Virus record (IMG/VR): IMGVR_UViG_2541047905_000021
DNA from: a virus
Lineage: Duplodnaviria > Heunggongvirae > Uroviricota > Caudoviricetes
Length of the DNA: 29,596 nucleotides
Strand: one strand, 5' to 3'
Part shown: positions 6,592 to 15,597 of the stretch, piece by piece
Layout: each line of letters starts with the position of its first letter
How positions within the stretch are numbered: the stretch's first letter is position 1
Notes under the pieces: generated by a model
Seen by the model: only the letters and a program-made list of their open reading frames with translations
Told to the model about the DNA's origin: nothing
Databases searched by the model: none
Program-made: the position numbers and the translations under genes

Positions 6592-6685
6592 GTTGGGGAT
6601 GTCCGTTCAGGCTGCGTGCGGTCAGGACTGGTGCGGATCCATAGTATCTATGCAACTGCATTAAAACCGCCCCGTGAAGCGGGCG

Positions 6686-6704
6686 GGCGAGGCGGGGAAA
6701 GCAC
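6686..6704. other. cos: cos cohesive-end sequence GGCGAGGCGGGGAAAGCAC (19 nt)
   Basis: It matches the P2 19-nt cohesive end as I remember it. It lies between the cargo region and the end of Q, exactly where the P2 map places cos. A GC hairpin (6667-6686) abuts it. Confidence 0.8.
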
Positions 6705-6845
6705 TGCGCGCTGGCGGTGGTGCTGATTTTATTTTTTCGGCGTCTCAGCGCGTCGTGATGGCGTTTAGATTGTGTGCCGGGGCGTCGGTGTGTCTGCGGG
6801 CTGTTTTGCGTGGAGGTGAGCGTGTGAGGGCGTGATGACGGGGTG

Positions 6846-6869
6846 TAAAAAAGCCGCCCGCAGGCGGCG
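6846..6869 (-). terminator. Intrinsic terminator after Q (GCCGCC-TGC-GGGCGGC-TTTTTT on the minus strand)
   Basis: A GC-rich stem plus a T6 run begins 5 nt after the Q stop. Confidence 0.8.
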
Positions 6870-6873
6870 ATGT

Positions 6874-7908
6874 TCAGCCGTTGTCAGTGTCCAGTGAGTA
6901 GTTTTTAAAGCGGATGACCTCCTGACCGAGCCAGCCGTTTATCTCGCGGATCCTGTCCTGTAGCGGGATAAGCTCATTGCGGACAAAGACCTTTGCCACT
7001 TTCTCAATATCACCCAACGACCCGACGTTCTCCGGCTTGCCGCCCATCAACTGAAAGGGGATGCGGTGCGCGTCCAGCAGGTCAGTGGCGCTGGCTTTTT
7101 TGATATTAAAAAAATCGTCCTTCGTCGCTACTTCACTGAGGGGGATAATTTTAATGCCGTCAGCTTTCCCCTGTGGCGCATAGAGAAACAGATTTTTAAA
7201 GTTGTTGCGGCCTTTCGACTTAACCATGTTTTCGCGAAGCATTTCGATATCGTTGCGATCCTGCACGGCATCGGTGACGTACATGATGTATCCGGCATGT
7301 GCGCCATTTTCGTAATACTTGCGGCGGAACAGCGTGGCCGACTCATTCAGCCAGGCAGAGTTAAGGGCGCTGAGATATTCCGGCAGGCCGTACAGCTCCT
7401 GATTAATATCCGGCTCCAGCAGGTGAAACACGGAGCCGGGCGCGAAAGGTATCGGCTCGTTGAAGGACGGCACCCACCAGTAAACATCCTCCTCCACGCC
7501 ACGGCGGGTATATTTTGCCGGTGAGGTTTCCAGTCTGATGACCTTACCGGTGGTGCTGTAACGCTTTTCCAGAAACGCATTACCGAACACCAGAAAATCC
7601 AGCACAAAGCGGCTGAAATCCTGCTGGGAAAGCCACGGGTGCGGGATAAATGTCGAGGCCAGAATATTGCGTTTGACGTAAATCGGGGAGCTGTGATGCA
7701 CGGCAGCACGCAGGCTTTTTGCCAGACCGGTAAAGCTGATTGGTGGCTCATACCATCTGCCGTTACTGATGCACTCGACATAATCCAGAATGTCACGGCG
7801 GTCGAGTACCGGCACCGGATCACCAAAGGTGAATGCCTCCATTTTCGGGGCGCTGGCGGTCATTGTTTTTGCCGCAGGTTGCGGTGTTTTCCCTTTTTTC
7901 TTGCTCAT
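6874..7908 (-). CDS. Q: Portal protein gpQ
   Basis: 344 aa, the same as P2 gpQ, in the conserved position beside cos. Its start overlaps the P stop. Confidence 0.9.
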   Translation of the reverse strand: MSKKKGKTPQPAAKTMTASAPKMEAFTFGDPVPVLDRRDILDYVECISNGRWYEPPISFTGLAKSLRAAVHHSSPIYVKRNILASTFIPHPWLSQQDFSRFVLDFLVFGNAFLEKRYSTTGKVIRLETSPAKYTRRGVEEDVYWWVPSFNEPIPFAPGSVFHLLEPDINQELYGLPEYLSALNSAWLNESATLFRRKYYENGAHAGYIMYVTDAVQDRNDIEMLRENMVKSKGRNNFKNLFLYAPQGKADGIKIIPLSEVATKDDFFNIKKASATDLLDAHRIPFQLMGGKPENVGSLGDIEKVAKVFVRNELIPLQDRIREINGWLGQEVIRFKNYSLDTDNG

Positions 7909-9680
7909 CAGTAAAACTCCAGAATGGTGGATGTCAGCGGGGTGCTGATACCGGCGGTGAGTGGCTCATTTAACAGAGCGTGCATGGTCGCCCAGGCGAG
8001 GTCGGCGTGGCTGGCTTCCTCGCTGCGGCTGGCCTCATAGGTGGCGCTGCGTCCGCTGCTGGTCATGGTCTTGCGGATAGCCATAAACGAGCTGGTGATG
8101 TCGGTGGCGCTGACGTCATATTCCAGACAGCCACGGCGGATAACGTCTTTTGCCTTGAGCACCATTGCGGTTTTCATTTCCGGTGTGTAGCGGATATCGC
8201 GCGCGGCGGGATAGAACGAGCGCACGAGCTGGAACACGCCGACACCGAGGCCGGTGGCATCAATTCCGATGTATTCGACGTTGTATTTTTCAGTGAGTTT
8301 GCGGATGGATTCAGCCTGAGTGGCAAAGTCCATGCCTTTCCACTGGTGACGCTCAAGTATTCTGAATTTGCCACCGGCCACCACCGGCGGTGCCAGTACC
8401 ACGCATCCGGCGCTGTCGCCACGGTGTGACGGGTCGTAACCAATCCATACCGGGCGGGAGCCGAACGGATTGGCGGCAAACGGCGCATAGTCTTCCCATT
8501 CTTCCAGCGTGTCGACCATGCAGCGTTGCAGCTCCTCGAACGGGAACACCGACGCCTTGTCGTCAACAAATTCACACATGAACAGGTTTTTAAAATCGTC
8601 GGCGCTGTTTTCACGTTTGAGCTGCTCAATGTCGAACAGCGTGCAGCCGCCTTTCAGCGCGTCCTCAATGGTGACAATCTGCCGCCACTGGCCGTCCGCA
8701 CAGAGAAGCCCACCGGCAAGGGCGTTATGACTGACGTCGATTTCCACGCGTTCAGCGGCGCTGGCGCGTCCCCGGTTAAACAGTTCCCCCGACCAGAACG
8801 GGTAGGCGTCGTGCGCCAGCGTGGACGGGGTGGAGAAATAGGTCGAGCGCAGGTGACTCTGTGAGGCCATACCTGATGCCACCTTACGCAGTACCTGAAA
8901 ATTCGGGATCCAGAAAATCTCATCGACGTACAGGTCGCCGTTATGACTCTGTGCGGTGTTGGAGTTGGTGCCGAGAAAAATCAGTTTTGCGCCGTTATTG
9001 CCCAGGACAATCGGGTCACCGGTCAGGTCAACGTCAACCAGCCGGGCAAAGGCGATGATGTATTCACGGAACACATACGCCTGCGTTTTACTGGCCGACA
9101 GAAAAATCTGGTTATGGCCGGTTTTCAGGGCGCGCAGCAGCGCCTCGCGGGAAAAATAAAACGTCGCGCCAATCTGGCGGGATTTCAGGATATCGCGGAT
9201 GCGGTGCTCAAGCCCGGCGCGATACCAGTGCAACTGATAGTCGAAAGACTGCTCAAAGAAAATCTGCTCCAGCTTTTCGATGGCCTCGTCACTGAAAAAA
9301 TTCTTTTTCGGTTTGCGACGCCCGCCTTTGTTGCGGTTAGCGACGTTCGGATTAAGGTCTGCCTCGTTGCCGGTCTGGCTGTAGCGGTTGACCCGTGCCA
9401 GTCGTTCAATCTGGCGTCCCAGCAGGTCAATTTCCTTGAAGTCACCGCCGGTTTTCTGCGGTTTGATGATGAGCTGGGTCAACCGCGCTTCCAGACTCAT
9501 TTCGACACGGCTGATGGGGGCAACGCTGTCCCAGCCGTCGCGCTGTTTCCAGCTCTGCACCGTCGGGCGTTTCATCTGCAACATGGCGGCAATCTGCGGC
9601 ACGGAAAATCCCTGCCAGTACAGCAGCGCCGCCTGACGACGCGGGTCGTGTAAAAGAGTGGTGTCTGTGGTGATGGTCAT
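7908..9680 (-). CDS. P: Terminase large subunit gpP
   Basis: 590 aa from MTITTDTTLL, the P2 gpP length. It has an N-terminal HTH-like region and a terminase ATPase/nuclease body. Confidence 0.9.
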   Translation of the reverse strand: MTITTDTTLLHDPRRQAALLYWQGFSVPQIAAMLQMKRPTVQSWKQRDGWDSVAPISRVEMSLEARLTQLIIKPQKTGGDFKEIDLLGRQIERLARVNRYSQTGNEADLNPNVANRNKGGRRKPKKNFFSDEAIEKLEQIFFEQSFDYQLHWYRAGLEHRIRDILKSRQIGATFYFSREALLRALKTGHNQIFLSASKTQAYVFREYIIAFARLVDVDLTGDPIVLGNNGAKLIFLGTNSNTAQSHNGDLYVDEIFWIPNFQVLRKVASGMASQSHLRSTYFSTPSTLAHDAYPFWSGELFNRGRASAAERVEIDVSHNALAGGLLCADGQWRQIVTIEDALKGGCTLFDIEQLKRENSADDFKNLFMCEFVDDKASVFPFEELQRCMVDTLEEWEDYAPFAANPFGSRPVWIGYDPSHRGDSAGCVVLAPPVVAGGKFRILERHQWKGMDFATQAESIRKLTEKYNVEYIGIDATGLGVGVFQLVRSFYPAARDIRYTPEMKTAMVLKAKDVIRRGCLEYDVSATDITSSFMAIRKTMTSSGRSATYEASRSEEASHADLAWATMHALLNEPLTAGISTPLTSTILEFY

Positions 9681-9749
9681 GAATACCTCGCCGTGATGAA
9701 TACACGGCAAGGCTACTGAGTCGCGCCCCGCGATTCGCTAAGGTGCTGT

Positions 9750-9767
9750 TGTGTCAGTGATAAGCCA
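9750..9767. promoter_or_regulatory. Late-promoter activator (Ogr) site candidate TGT-N12-CCA in the divergent P/O intergenic region
   Basis: It resembles the TGT-N12-ACA dyad described for P2/P4 late promoters. The flanking sequence GTTGTG...AGCCA(A/T)CCGGGAC is shared with the FI upstream region (21762-21790). GAAACT at 9802-9807 is a possible -10. Confidence 0.45.
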
Positions 9768-9853
9768 TCCGGGACTGATGGCGGAGGATGCGCATCGTCG
9801 GGAAACTGATGCCGACATGTGACTCCTCTAATCACTATTCAGGACTCCTGACA

Positions 9854-10708
9854 ATGGCAAAAAAAGTCTCAAAATTCTTTCGTATCGGCGTTGAGGGTGA
9901 CACCTGTGACGGGCGTGTCATCAGTGCGCAGGATATTCAGGAAATGGCCGAAACCTTTGACCCGAGAGTCTATGGTTGCCGCATTAACCTGGAACATCTG
10001 CGCGGCATCCTGCCTGACGGTATTTTTAAGCGTTATGGCGATGTGGCCGAACTGAAGGCCGAAAAGATTGACGATGATTCGGCGCTGAAAGGCAAATGGG
10101 CGCTGTTTGCGAAAATCACCCCGACCGATGACCTTATCGCGATGAACAAGGCCGCGCAGAAGGTCTACACCTCAATGGAAATTCAGCCGAACTTTGCCAA
10201 TACCGGCAAATGTTATCTGGTGGGGCTGGCCGTCACCGATGACCCGGCAAGCCTCGGCACGGAATACCTGGAATTCTGCCGCACGGCAAAACACAACCCC
10301 CTGAACCGCTTCAAATTAAGCCCTGAAAACCTGATTTCAGTGGCAACGCCTGTTGAGCTGGAATTTGAAGACCTGCCTGAAACCGTGTTCACCGCCCTGA
10401 CCGAAAAGGTGAAATCCATTTTTGGCCGCAAACAGGCCAGCGATGACGCCCGTCTGAATGACGTGCATGAAGCGGTGACCGCTGTTGCTGAACATGTGCA
10501 GGAAAAACTGAGCGCCACTGAGCAGCGCCTCGCTGAGATGGAAAACGCCTTTTCCGCACTTAAGCAGGATGTGACTGACAGGGCGGATGAAACCAGCCAG
10601 GCATTCACCCGCCTGAAAAACAGTCTCGACCACACCGAAAGTCTGACCCAGCAGCGCCGCAGCAAGGCCACCGGTGGTGGCGGTGACGCCCTGATGACGA
10701 ACTGCTGA
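9854..10708 (+). CDS. O: Capsid scaffolding protein gpO
   Basis: 284 aa from MAKKVSKFFRIGVEGD, the P2 gpO length. The C-terminal half is coiled-coil-like. Confidence 0.9.
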   Translation: MAKKVSKFFRIGVEGDTCDGRVISAQDIQEMAETFDPRVYGCRINLEHLRGILPDGIFKRYGDVAELKAEKIDDDSALKGKWALFAKITPTDDLIAMNKAAQKVYTSMEIQPNFANTGKCYLVGLAVTDDPASLGTEYLEFCRTAKHNPLNRFKLSPENLISVATPVELEFEDLPETVFTALTEKVKSIFGRKQASDDARLNDVHEAVTAVAEHVQEKLSATEQRLAEMENAFSALKQDVTDRADETSQAFTRLKNSLDHTESLTQQRRSKATGGGGDALMTNC

Positions 10709-10766
10709 CCGGCGTCAGTCAGTCCGGGAAAACCTTCACGATTAACCCTTAATTTCAGGAAAAACT

Positions 10767-11840
10767 ATGCGCCAGGAAACCCGCTTTAAATTTAATGCTT
10801 ACCTGTCCCGTGTTGCCGAACTGAACGGCATCGACGCCGGTGATGTGTCGAAAAAATTCACTGTTGAACCGTCGGTCACCCAGACCCTGATGAACACCAT
10901 GCAGGAGTCCTCTGACTTTCTGACCCGCATCAACATTGTGCCGGTCAGCGAAATGAAAGGGGAAAAAATTGGCATCGGTGTCACCGGCTCCATCGCCAGC
11001 ACCACCGACACCGCCGGTGGCACCGAGCGTCAGCCGAAGGACTTCTCGAAGCTGGCGTCCAACAAGTACGAATGCGACCAGATTAATTTTGATTTTTATA
11101 TCCGCTACAAAACGCTGGACCTGTGGGCGCGTTATCAGGATTTCCAGCTCCGTATCCGTAACGCCATTATCAAGCGTCAGTCCCTTGATTTCATCATGGC
11201 CGGTTTTAACGGCGTGAAGCGTGCCGAAAACTCTGACCGCAGCAGTAATCCGATGCTGCAGGATGTGGCGGTCGGCTGGCTGCAGAAATACCGCAATGAA
11301 GCCCCGGCGCGCGTGATGAGCAAGGTCACTGACGAGGAAGGTCACACGACCTCTGAGGTCATCCGCGTGGGTAAGGGCGGTGATTATGCCAGCCTTGATG
11401 CACTGGTGATGGATGCGACCAACAACCTGATTGAACCGTGGTATCAGGAAGACCCTGACCTTGTGGTGATTGTGGGTCGTCAGCTACTGGCGGACAAGTA
11501 TTTCCCCATCGTTAACAAGGAACAGGACAACAGCGAAATGCTGGCCGCTGACGTCATCATCAGCCAGAAACGCATCGGTAACCTGCCGGCGGTACGCGTC
11601 CCGTACTTCCCGGCGGATGCGATGCTCATCACGAAGCTGGAAAACCTGTCCATCTACTACATGGATGACAGCCATCGCCGCGTGATTGTGGAAAACCCGA
11701 AACTCGACCGCGTGGAGAACTACGAGTCAATGAACATTGATTACGTGGTGGAAGACTACGCCGCCGGTTGTCTGGTGGAAAAAATTAAGGTCGGTGATTT
11801 CTCCACACCGGCTAAGGCGACCGCAGAGCCGGGAGCGTAA
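10767..11840 (+). CDS. N: Major capsid protein gpN
   Basis: 357 aa, the P2 gpN length, in the O-N-M-L order. Confidence 0.9.
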   Translation: MRQETRFKFNAYLSRVAELNGIDAGDVSKKFTVEPSVTQTLMNTMQESSDFLTRINIVPVSEMKGEKIGIGVTGSIASTTDTAGGTERQPKDFSKLASNKYECDQINFDFYIRYKTLDLWARYQDFQLRIRNAIIKRQSLDFIMAGFNGVKRAENSDRSSNPMLQDVAVGWLQKYRNEAPARVMSKVTDEEGHTTSEVIRVGKGGDYASLDALVMDATNNLIEPWYQEDPDLVVIVGRQLLADKYFPIVNKEQDNSEMLAADVIISQKRIGNLPAVRVPYFPADAMLITKLENLSIYYMDDSHRRVIVENPKLDRVENYESMNIDYVVEDYAAGCLVEKIKVGDFSTPAKATAEPGA

Positions 11841-11843
11841 CCG

Positions 11844-12587
11844 ATGACGAGTCCCGCACAGCGCCACATGATGCGGGTCTCGGCAGCGATGACCGCGCAG
11901 CGGGAAGCCGCCCCGCTGCGACATGCAACTGTCTATGAGCAGATGCTGGTTAAGCTCGCCGCAGACCAGCGCACACTGAAAGCGATTTACTCAAAAGAGC
12001 TGAAGGCCGCGAAAAAACGCGAACTGCTGCCGTTCTGGTTGCCGTGGGTGAACGGCGTGCTGGAGCAGGGCAAAGGTGCACAGGATGACATTCTGATGAC
12101 GGTCATGCTGTGGCGTCTGGATACCGGCGATATTGCCGGTGCGCTGGAGATTGCCCGTTATGCCCTGAAGTACGGTCTGACCATGCCGGGGAAACACCGC
12201 CGCACCCCGCCGTACATGTTCACCGAGGAGGTGGCGCTTGCGGCCATGCGCGCTCACGCTGCCGGTGAGTCTGTGGATACCCGCCTGCTGACGGACACCC
12301 TCGAACTGACCGCCACGGCTGACATGCCTGATGAAGTGCGCGCAAAGCTGCACAAAATCACCGGTCTGTTTATGCGTGACGGTGGTGATGCCGCCGGTGC
12401 GCTGGCGCACCTGCAACGTGCGACACAGCTCGACTGTCAGGCAGGCGTCAAAAAAGAGATTGAACGACTGGAGCGGGAGCTGAAACCGAAGCCGGAGCCG
12501 CAACCCAAAGCGGCCACCCGTGCCATGCGTAAGACCCGGAGCGTGACACCGGCAAAACGTGGACGCCCGAAAAAGAAAGCCAGTTAA
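11844..12587 (+). CDS. M: Terminase small subunit gpM
   Basis: 247 aa, the P2 gpM length, with a basic C-terminal tail. Confidence 0.85.
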   Translation: MTSPAQRHMMRVSAAMTAQREAAPLRHATVYEQMLVKLAADQRTLKAIYSKELKAAKKRELLPFWLPWVNGVLEQGKGAQDDILMTVMLWRLDTGDIAGALEIARYALKYGLTMPGKHRRTPPYMFTEEVALAAMRAHAAGESVDTRLLTDTLELTATADMPDEVRAKLHKITGLFMRDGGDAAGALAHLQRATQLDCQAGVKKEIERLERELKPKPEPQPKAATRAMRKTRSVTPAKRGRPKKKAS

Positions 12588-12686
12588 CAACCGAATGCGC
12601 CCCGCGCCAGGGCGGCACGCCGGTCAGTGAGGGTGAATCACCTGACACTGCACCGGCGTCCACCGCCCGACTTTTCAGAGGTAGTC

Positions 12687-13196
12687 ATGATGACGCTGAT
12701 TATTCCGCGAAAGGAGGCTCCCGTGTCCGGTGAGGGTACGGTGGTCATCCCGCAACCGGCAGGCGACGAGCCGGTGATTAAAAACACGTTCTTTTTTCCC
12801 GATATCGACCCGAAGCGCGTCCGGGAACGTATGCGCCTTGAGCAGACCGTCGCCCCCGCCCGTCTGCGTGAGGCTATCAAGTCAGGCATGGCGGAGACAA
12901 ATGCGGAGCTGTACGAGTATCGCGAACAGAAAATTGCCGCCGGTTTTACGCGTCTGGCGGACGTCCCGGCGGACGACATCGACGGTGAAAGCATCAAAGT
13001 TTTTTACTACGAGCGCGCCGTGTGTGCGATGGCGACCGCGTCGCTTTATGAGCGTTATCGCGGCGTGGATGCCAGTGCGAAAGGCGACAAGAAGGCTGAC
13101 AGCATTGACAGCACCATTGATGAGCTGTGGCGGGATATGCGCTGGGCGGTGGCGCGCATCCAGGGCAAGCCGCGCTGCATCGTGAGTCAAATCTGA
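12687..13196 (+). CDS. L: Head completion protein gpL
   Basis: 169 aa from MMTLIIPRKEAP, the P2 gpL length. Its stop overlaps the X start (ATGA). Confidence 0.85.
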   Translation: MMTLIIPRKEAPVSGEGTVVIPQPAGDEPVIKNTFFFPDIDPKRVRERMRLEQTVAPARLREAIKSGMAETNAELYEYREQKIAAGFTRLADVPADDIDGESIKVFYYERAVCAMATASLYERYRGVDASAKGDKKADSIDSTIDELWRDMRWAVARIQGKPRCIVSQI

Positions 13197-13399
13197 TGAA
13201 GACCTTTGCGCTACAGGGCGACACGCTCGACGCCATTTGTGTCCGGTATTACGGGCGCACTGAGGGCGTGGTCGAAGCCGTGCTCGCCGCAAATCCGGGA
13301 CTGGCTGAACTGGGCGCGGTGCTGCCGCACGGCACCGCCGTCGAACTGCCCGACGTTCAGACCGCGCCCGTGGCTGAAACTGTCAATCTGTGGGAGTAA
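13196..13399 (+). CDS. X: Tail protein gpX (LysM-like)
   Basis: 67 aa from MKTFALQGDTLDAICVRYYG, the P2 gpX length. Confidence 0.85.
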   Translation: MKTFALQGDTLDAICVRYYGRTEGVVEAVLAANPGLAELGAVLPHGTAVELPDVQTAPVAETVNLWE

Positions 13400-13402
13400 C
13401 GC

Positions 13403-13684
13403 ATGACAGCAGAAGAAAAAAGCGTCCTGTCGCTTTTCATGATTGGGGTGCTGATTGTTGTCGGCAAGGTGCTTGCCGGTGGTGAACCCATCACCCCGCG
13501 TCTGTTTATCGGGCGCATGTTGCTCGGTGGTTTTGTCTCGATGGTTGCCGGTGTTGTTCTGGTGCAGTTTCCTGACCTGTCATTGCCTGCGGTGTGCGGT
13601 ATCGGCTCCATGCTGGGTATCGCCGGTTATCAGGTGATTGAGATTGCCATTCAGCGCCGCTTTAAGGGCAGGGGGAAACCGTAA
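13403..13684 (+). CDS. Y: Holin gpY
   Basis: 93 aa with several hydrophobic segments and a basic C-terminus. It lies directly upstream of the endolysin. Confidence 0.85.
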   Translation: MTAEEKSVLSLFMIGVLIVVGKVLAGGEPITPRLFIGRMLLGGFVSMVAGVVLVQFPDLSLPAVCGIGSMLGIAGYQVIEIAIQRRFKGRGKP

Positions 13685-14181
13685 TGCCGGTAATTAACAC
13701 GCATCAGAATATCGCCGCCTTTCTCGACATGCTGGCGGTATCCGAAGGGACGGCGAATCATCCGCTGACGAAAAACCGTGGCTATGACGTGATAGTCACC
13801 GGACTGGACGGGAAGCCGGAAATTTTCACCGACTACAGTGACCACCCGTTCGCGCATGGCCGACCGGCGAAGGTGTTTAACCGTCGCGGTGAAAAATCCA
13901 CGGCCTCCGGTCGCTATCAGCAGCTTTACCTGTTCTGGCCGCATTACCGCAAACAGCTTGCCCTGCCGGATTTCAGTCCGTTGTCACAGGACAGACTCGC
14001 CATTCAGTTGATCCGCGAACGCGGTGCGCTGGATGACATCCGGGCGGGACGTATTGAGCGCGCCATTTCACGCTGTCGCAATATCTGGGCGTCCCTGCCG
14101 GGAGCCGGTTACGGTCAGCGTGAGCATTCACTGGAAAAACTGGTCACCGTCTGGCGTACCGCTGGCGGCGTACCGGCTTAA
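13684..14181 (+). CDS. K: Endolysin gpK (lambda R-like lytic transglycosylase or lysozyme family)
   Basis: 165 aa, with AFLDMLAVSEGT near the N-terminus, typical of this family. Confidence 0.85.
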   Translation: MPVINTHQNIAAFLDMLAVSEGTANHPLTKNRGYDVIVTGLDGKPEIFTDYSDHPFAHGRPAKVFNRRGEKSTASGRYQQLYLFWPHYRKQLALPDFSPLSQDRLAIQLIRERGALDDIRAGRIERAISRCRNIWASLPGAGYGQREHSLEKLVTVWRTAGGVPA

Positions 14182-14195
14182 ACGGAGTAAACACC

Positions 14196-14609
14196 ATGAA
14201 GAAATTATTCCTTTCACTGATGCTGAATGTGTCGCTGGCGCTGTCCCTGATTTACCCGCAGAGCGTGGCCGTCAATTTTGTCGCCGCCTGGGCGATTCTG
14301 GCGACGGTTATCTGTGTGGTTGCCGGTGGTGTCGGCGTGTATGCCACTGAGTATGTACTGGAACGCTACGGGCGGGAGCTGCCGCCGGAATCGCTGGCCG
14401 TGAAGATTGTCACGGCGCTGTTTTTGCAGCCGGTGCCGTGGCGCAGGCGGTCAGTGGCTCTGGTAGTGATGGTGGCGACGTTTATCTCGCTGGTCGCTGC
14501 CGGGTGGATTTTTACTGCGCTGATTTATCTCGTGGCGGCGCTGTTATTCCGGCTGATACATACGGCCTGCCGTCAGCGTCTTGAGGGGCGGGAACCATGT
14601 CAAAGCTGA
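14196..14609 (+). CDS. lysA: LysA-like membrane protein (lysis timing)
   Basis: 137 aa with four hydrophobic segments, in the P2 lysA position. Confidence 0.75.
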   Translation: MKKLFLSLMLNVSLALSLIYPQSVAVNFVAAWAILATVICVVAGGVGVYATEYVLERYGRELPPESLAVKIVTALFLQPVPWRRRSVALVVMVATFISLVAAGWIFTALIYLVAALLFRLIHTACRQRLEGREPCQS

Positions 14610-15022
14610 TGATTGTACTGGTTGTGTTGTTATCGCTGGCGGTGGCGGGGCTGTTTCTGGCGAAGCATGAAAACGCCAGACTGCGCGCCTCGCTGGGCAG
14701 GGCGAACAACGTCGCCAGTGAACAGCAGGCGACCATCTCCATGCTGAAAAATCAGCTTCATGTTGCGCTCACCAGGGCAGACAAAAACGAGCTGGCGCAG
14801 GTGGCACTGCGTCAGGAACTGGAGAACGCCGCGAAGCGTGAAGCACAGCGCGAGAAAACCATCACGAGGTTACTGAATGAAAACGAAGATTTCCGCCGCT
14901 GGTACGGTGCTGACCTGCCTGATGCTGTGCGCCGGTTGCACCAGCGCCCCGCCTGCACCGACGCCAGTGATTGTCCACAACGCCTGCCCGAAAGTGAGTC
15001 TTTGCCCGATGCCGGGCAGTGA
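14597..15022 (+). CDS. lysB: LysB, an Rz-like inner-membrane spanin
   Basis: 141 aa, with an N-terminal TM segment followed by coiled-coil-like sequence. Confidence 0.8.
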   Translation: MSKLMIVLVVLLSLAVAGLFLAKHENARLRASLGRANNVASEQQATISMLKNQLHVALTRADKNELAQVALRQELENAAKREAQREKTITRLLNENEDFRRWYGADLPDAVRRLHQRPACTDASDCPQRLPESESLPDAGQ

Positions 15023-15167
15023 CCCGGAGACGAACGGCGATTTAAGTGCCGATATCCGGCAGCTTGAGAACGCGCTGGCACGCTGTGCCAGCCAGGTAAA
15101 AATGATTAAACACTGTCAGGACGAAAACGATGCTCAAACCCGACAGCCTGCGCAGGGCGCTGACTGA
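14877..15167 (+). CDS. lysC: LysC, an Rz1-like outer-membrane lipoprotein spanin
   Basis: 96 aa with the lipobox LCAGC and a Pro-rich mature part. It starts inside lysB in another frame and runs past the lysB stop. Confidence 0.8.
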   Translation: MKTKISAAGTVLTCLMLCAGCTSAPPAPTPVIVHNACPKVSLCPMPGSDPETNGDLSADIRQLENALARCASQVKMIKHCQDENDAQTRQPAQGAD

Positions 15168-15597
15168 TGCCGTCACGGTGCTGAAAACTAACCCCGATAT
15201 GCTGCGGATATTCGTGGATAACGGGAGTATTGCCTCCACACTGGCGACGTCGCTGTCATTCGAAAAGCGTTACACGCTCAATGTGATTGTGACCGACTTT
15301 ACCGGTGATTTTGACCTGCTCATCGTGCCGGTGCTGGCGTGGCTGCGGGAAAATCAGCCCGACATCATGACCACCGACGAAGGCCAGAAAAAGGGCTTCA
15401 CGTTTTATGCAGACATCAACAATGACAGCAGCTTTGATGTCAGCATCAGCCTGATGCTGACCGAGCGCACGCTGGTCAGTGAGGTCGACGGCGCGCTGCA
15501 TGTGAAGAATATCCCGGAACCCACGCCGCCGGAGCCGGTCACCCGCCCGATGGAGCTTTATATCAATGGCGAACTGGTGAGCAAGTGGGATGAATGA
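15130..15597 (+). CDS. R: Tail completion protein gpR
   Basis: 155 aa, the P2 gpR length and position. Confidence 0.85.
   Translation: MLKPDSLRRALTDAVTVLKTNPDMLRIFVDNGSIASTLATSLSFEKRYTLNVIVTDFTGDFDLLIVPVLAWLRENQPDIMTTDEGQKKGFTFYADINNDSSFDVSISLMLTERTLVSEVDGALHVKNIPEPTPPEPVTRPMELYINGELVSKWDE

Noticed and set aside
6517-6726. 69-aa plus-strand ORF
   Set aside because: It runs straight across the cos cleavage site and the GC hairpin and has no RBS. Its Arg/Gly-rich tail simply reflects the GC-rich cos sequence, so it is almost certainly non-coding.
6705-6845. Recurrent GGCGT/CGTGATG motifs in the GC-rich spacer between cos and Q, considered as terminase-binding repeats
   Set aside because: The longest exact repeat is 7 bp (6754-6760 and 6831-6837), which is expected by chance in 170 bp of biased composition. 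The idea is plausible biologically but is not supported by the sequence alone.
7066-9653. Long plus-strand ORFs antisense to Q and P (for example 7066-7524 and 8943-9653), and alternative-frame ORFs on the same strand
   Set aside because: These are shadow ORFs typical of GC-rich coding DNA. They lie entirely within well-supported Q and P genes and have low-complexity Arg/Gly/Ala-rich translations.
10755-12590. Minus-strand ORFs 10755-11345 and 11991-12590, antisense to N and M
   Set aside because: They are shadow ORFs inside conserved capsid and terminase genes, with no RBS and no recognisable domains.
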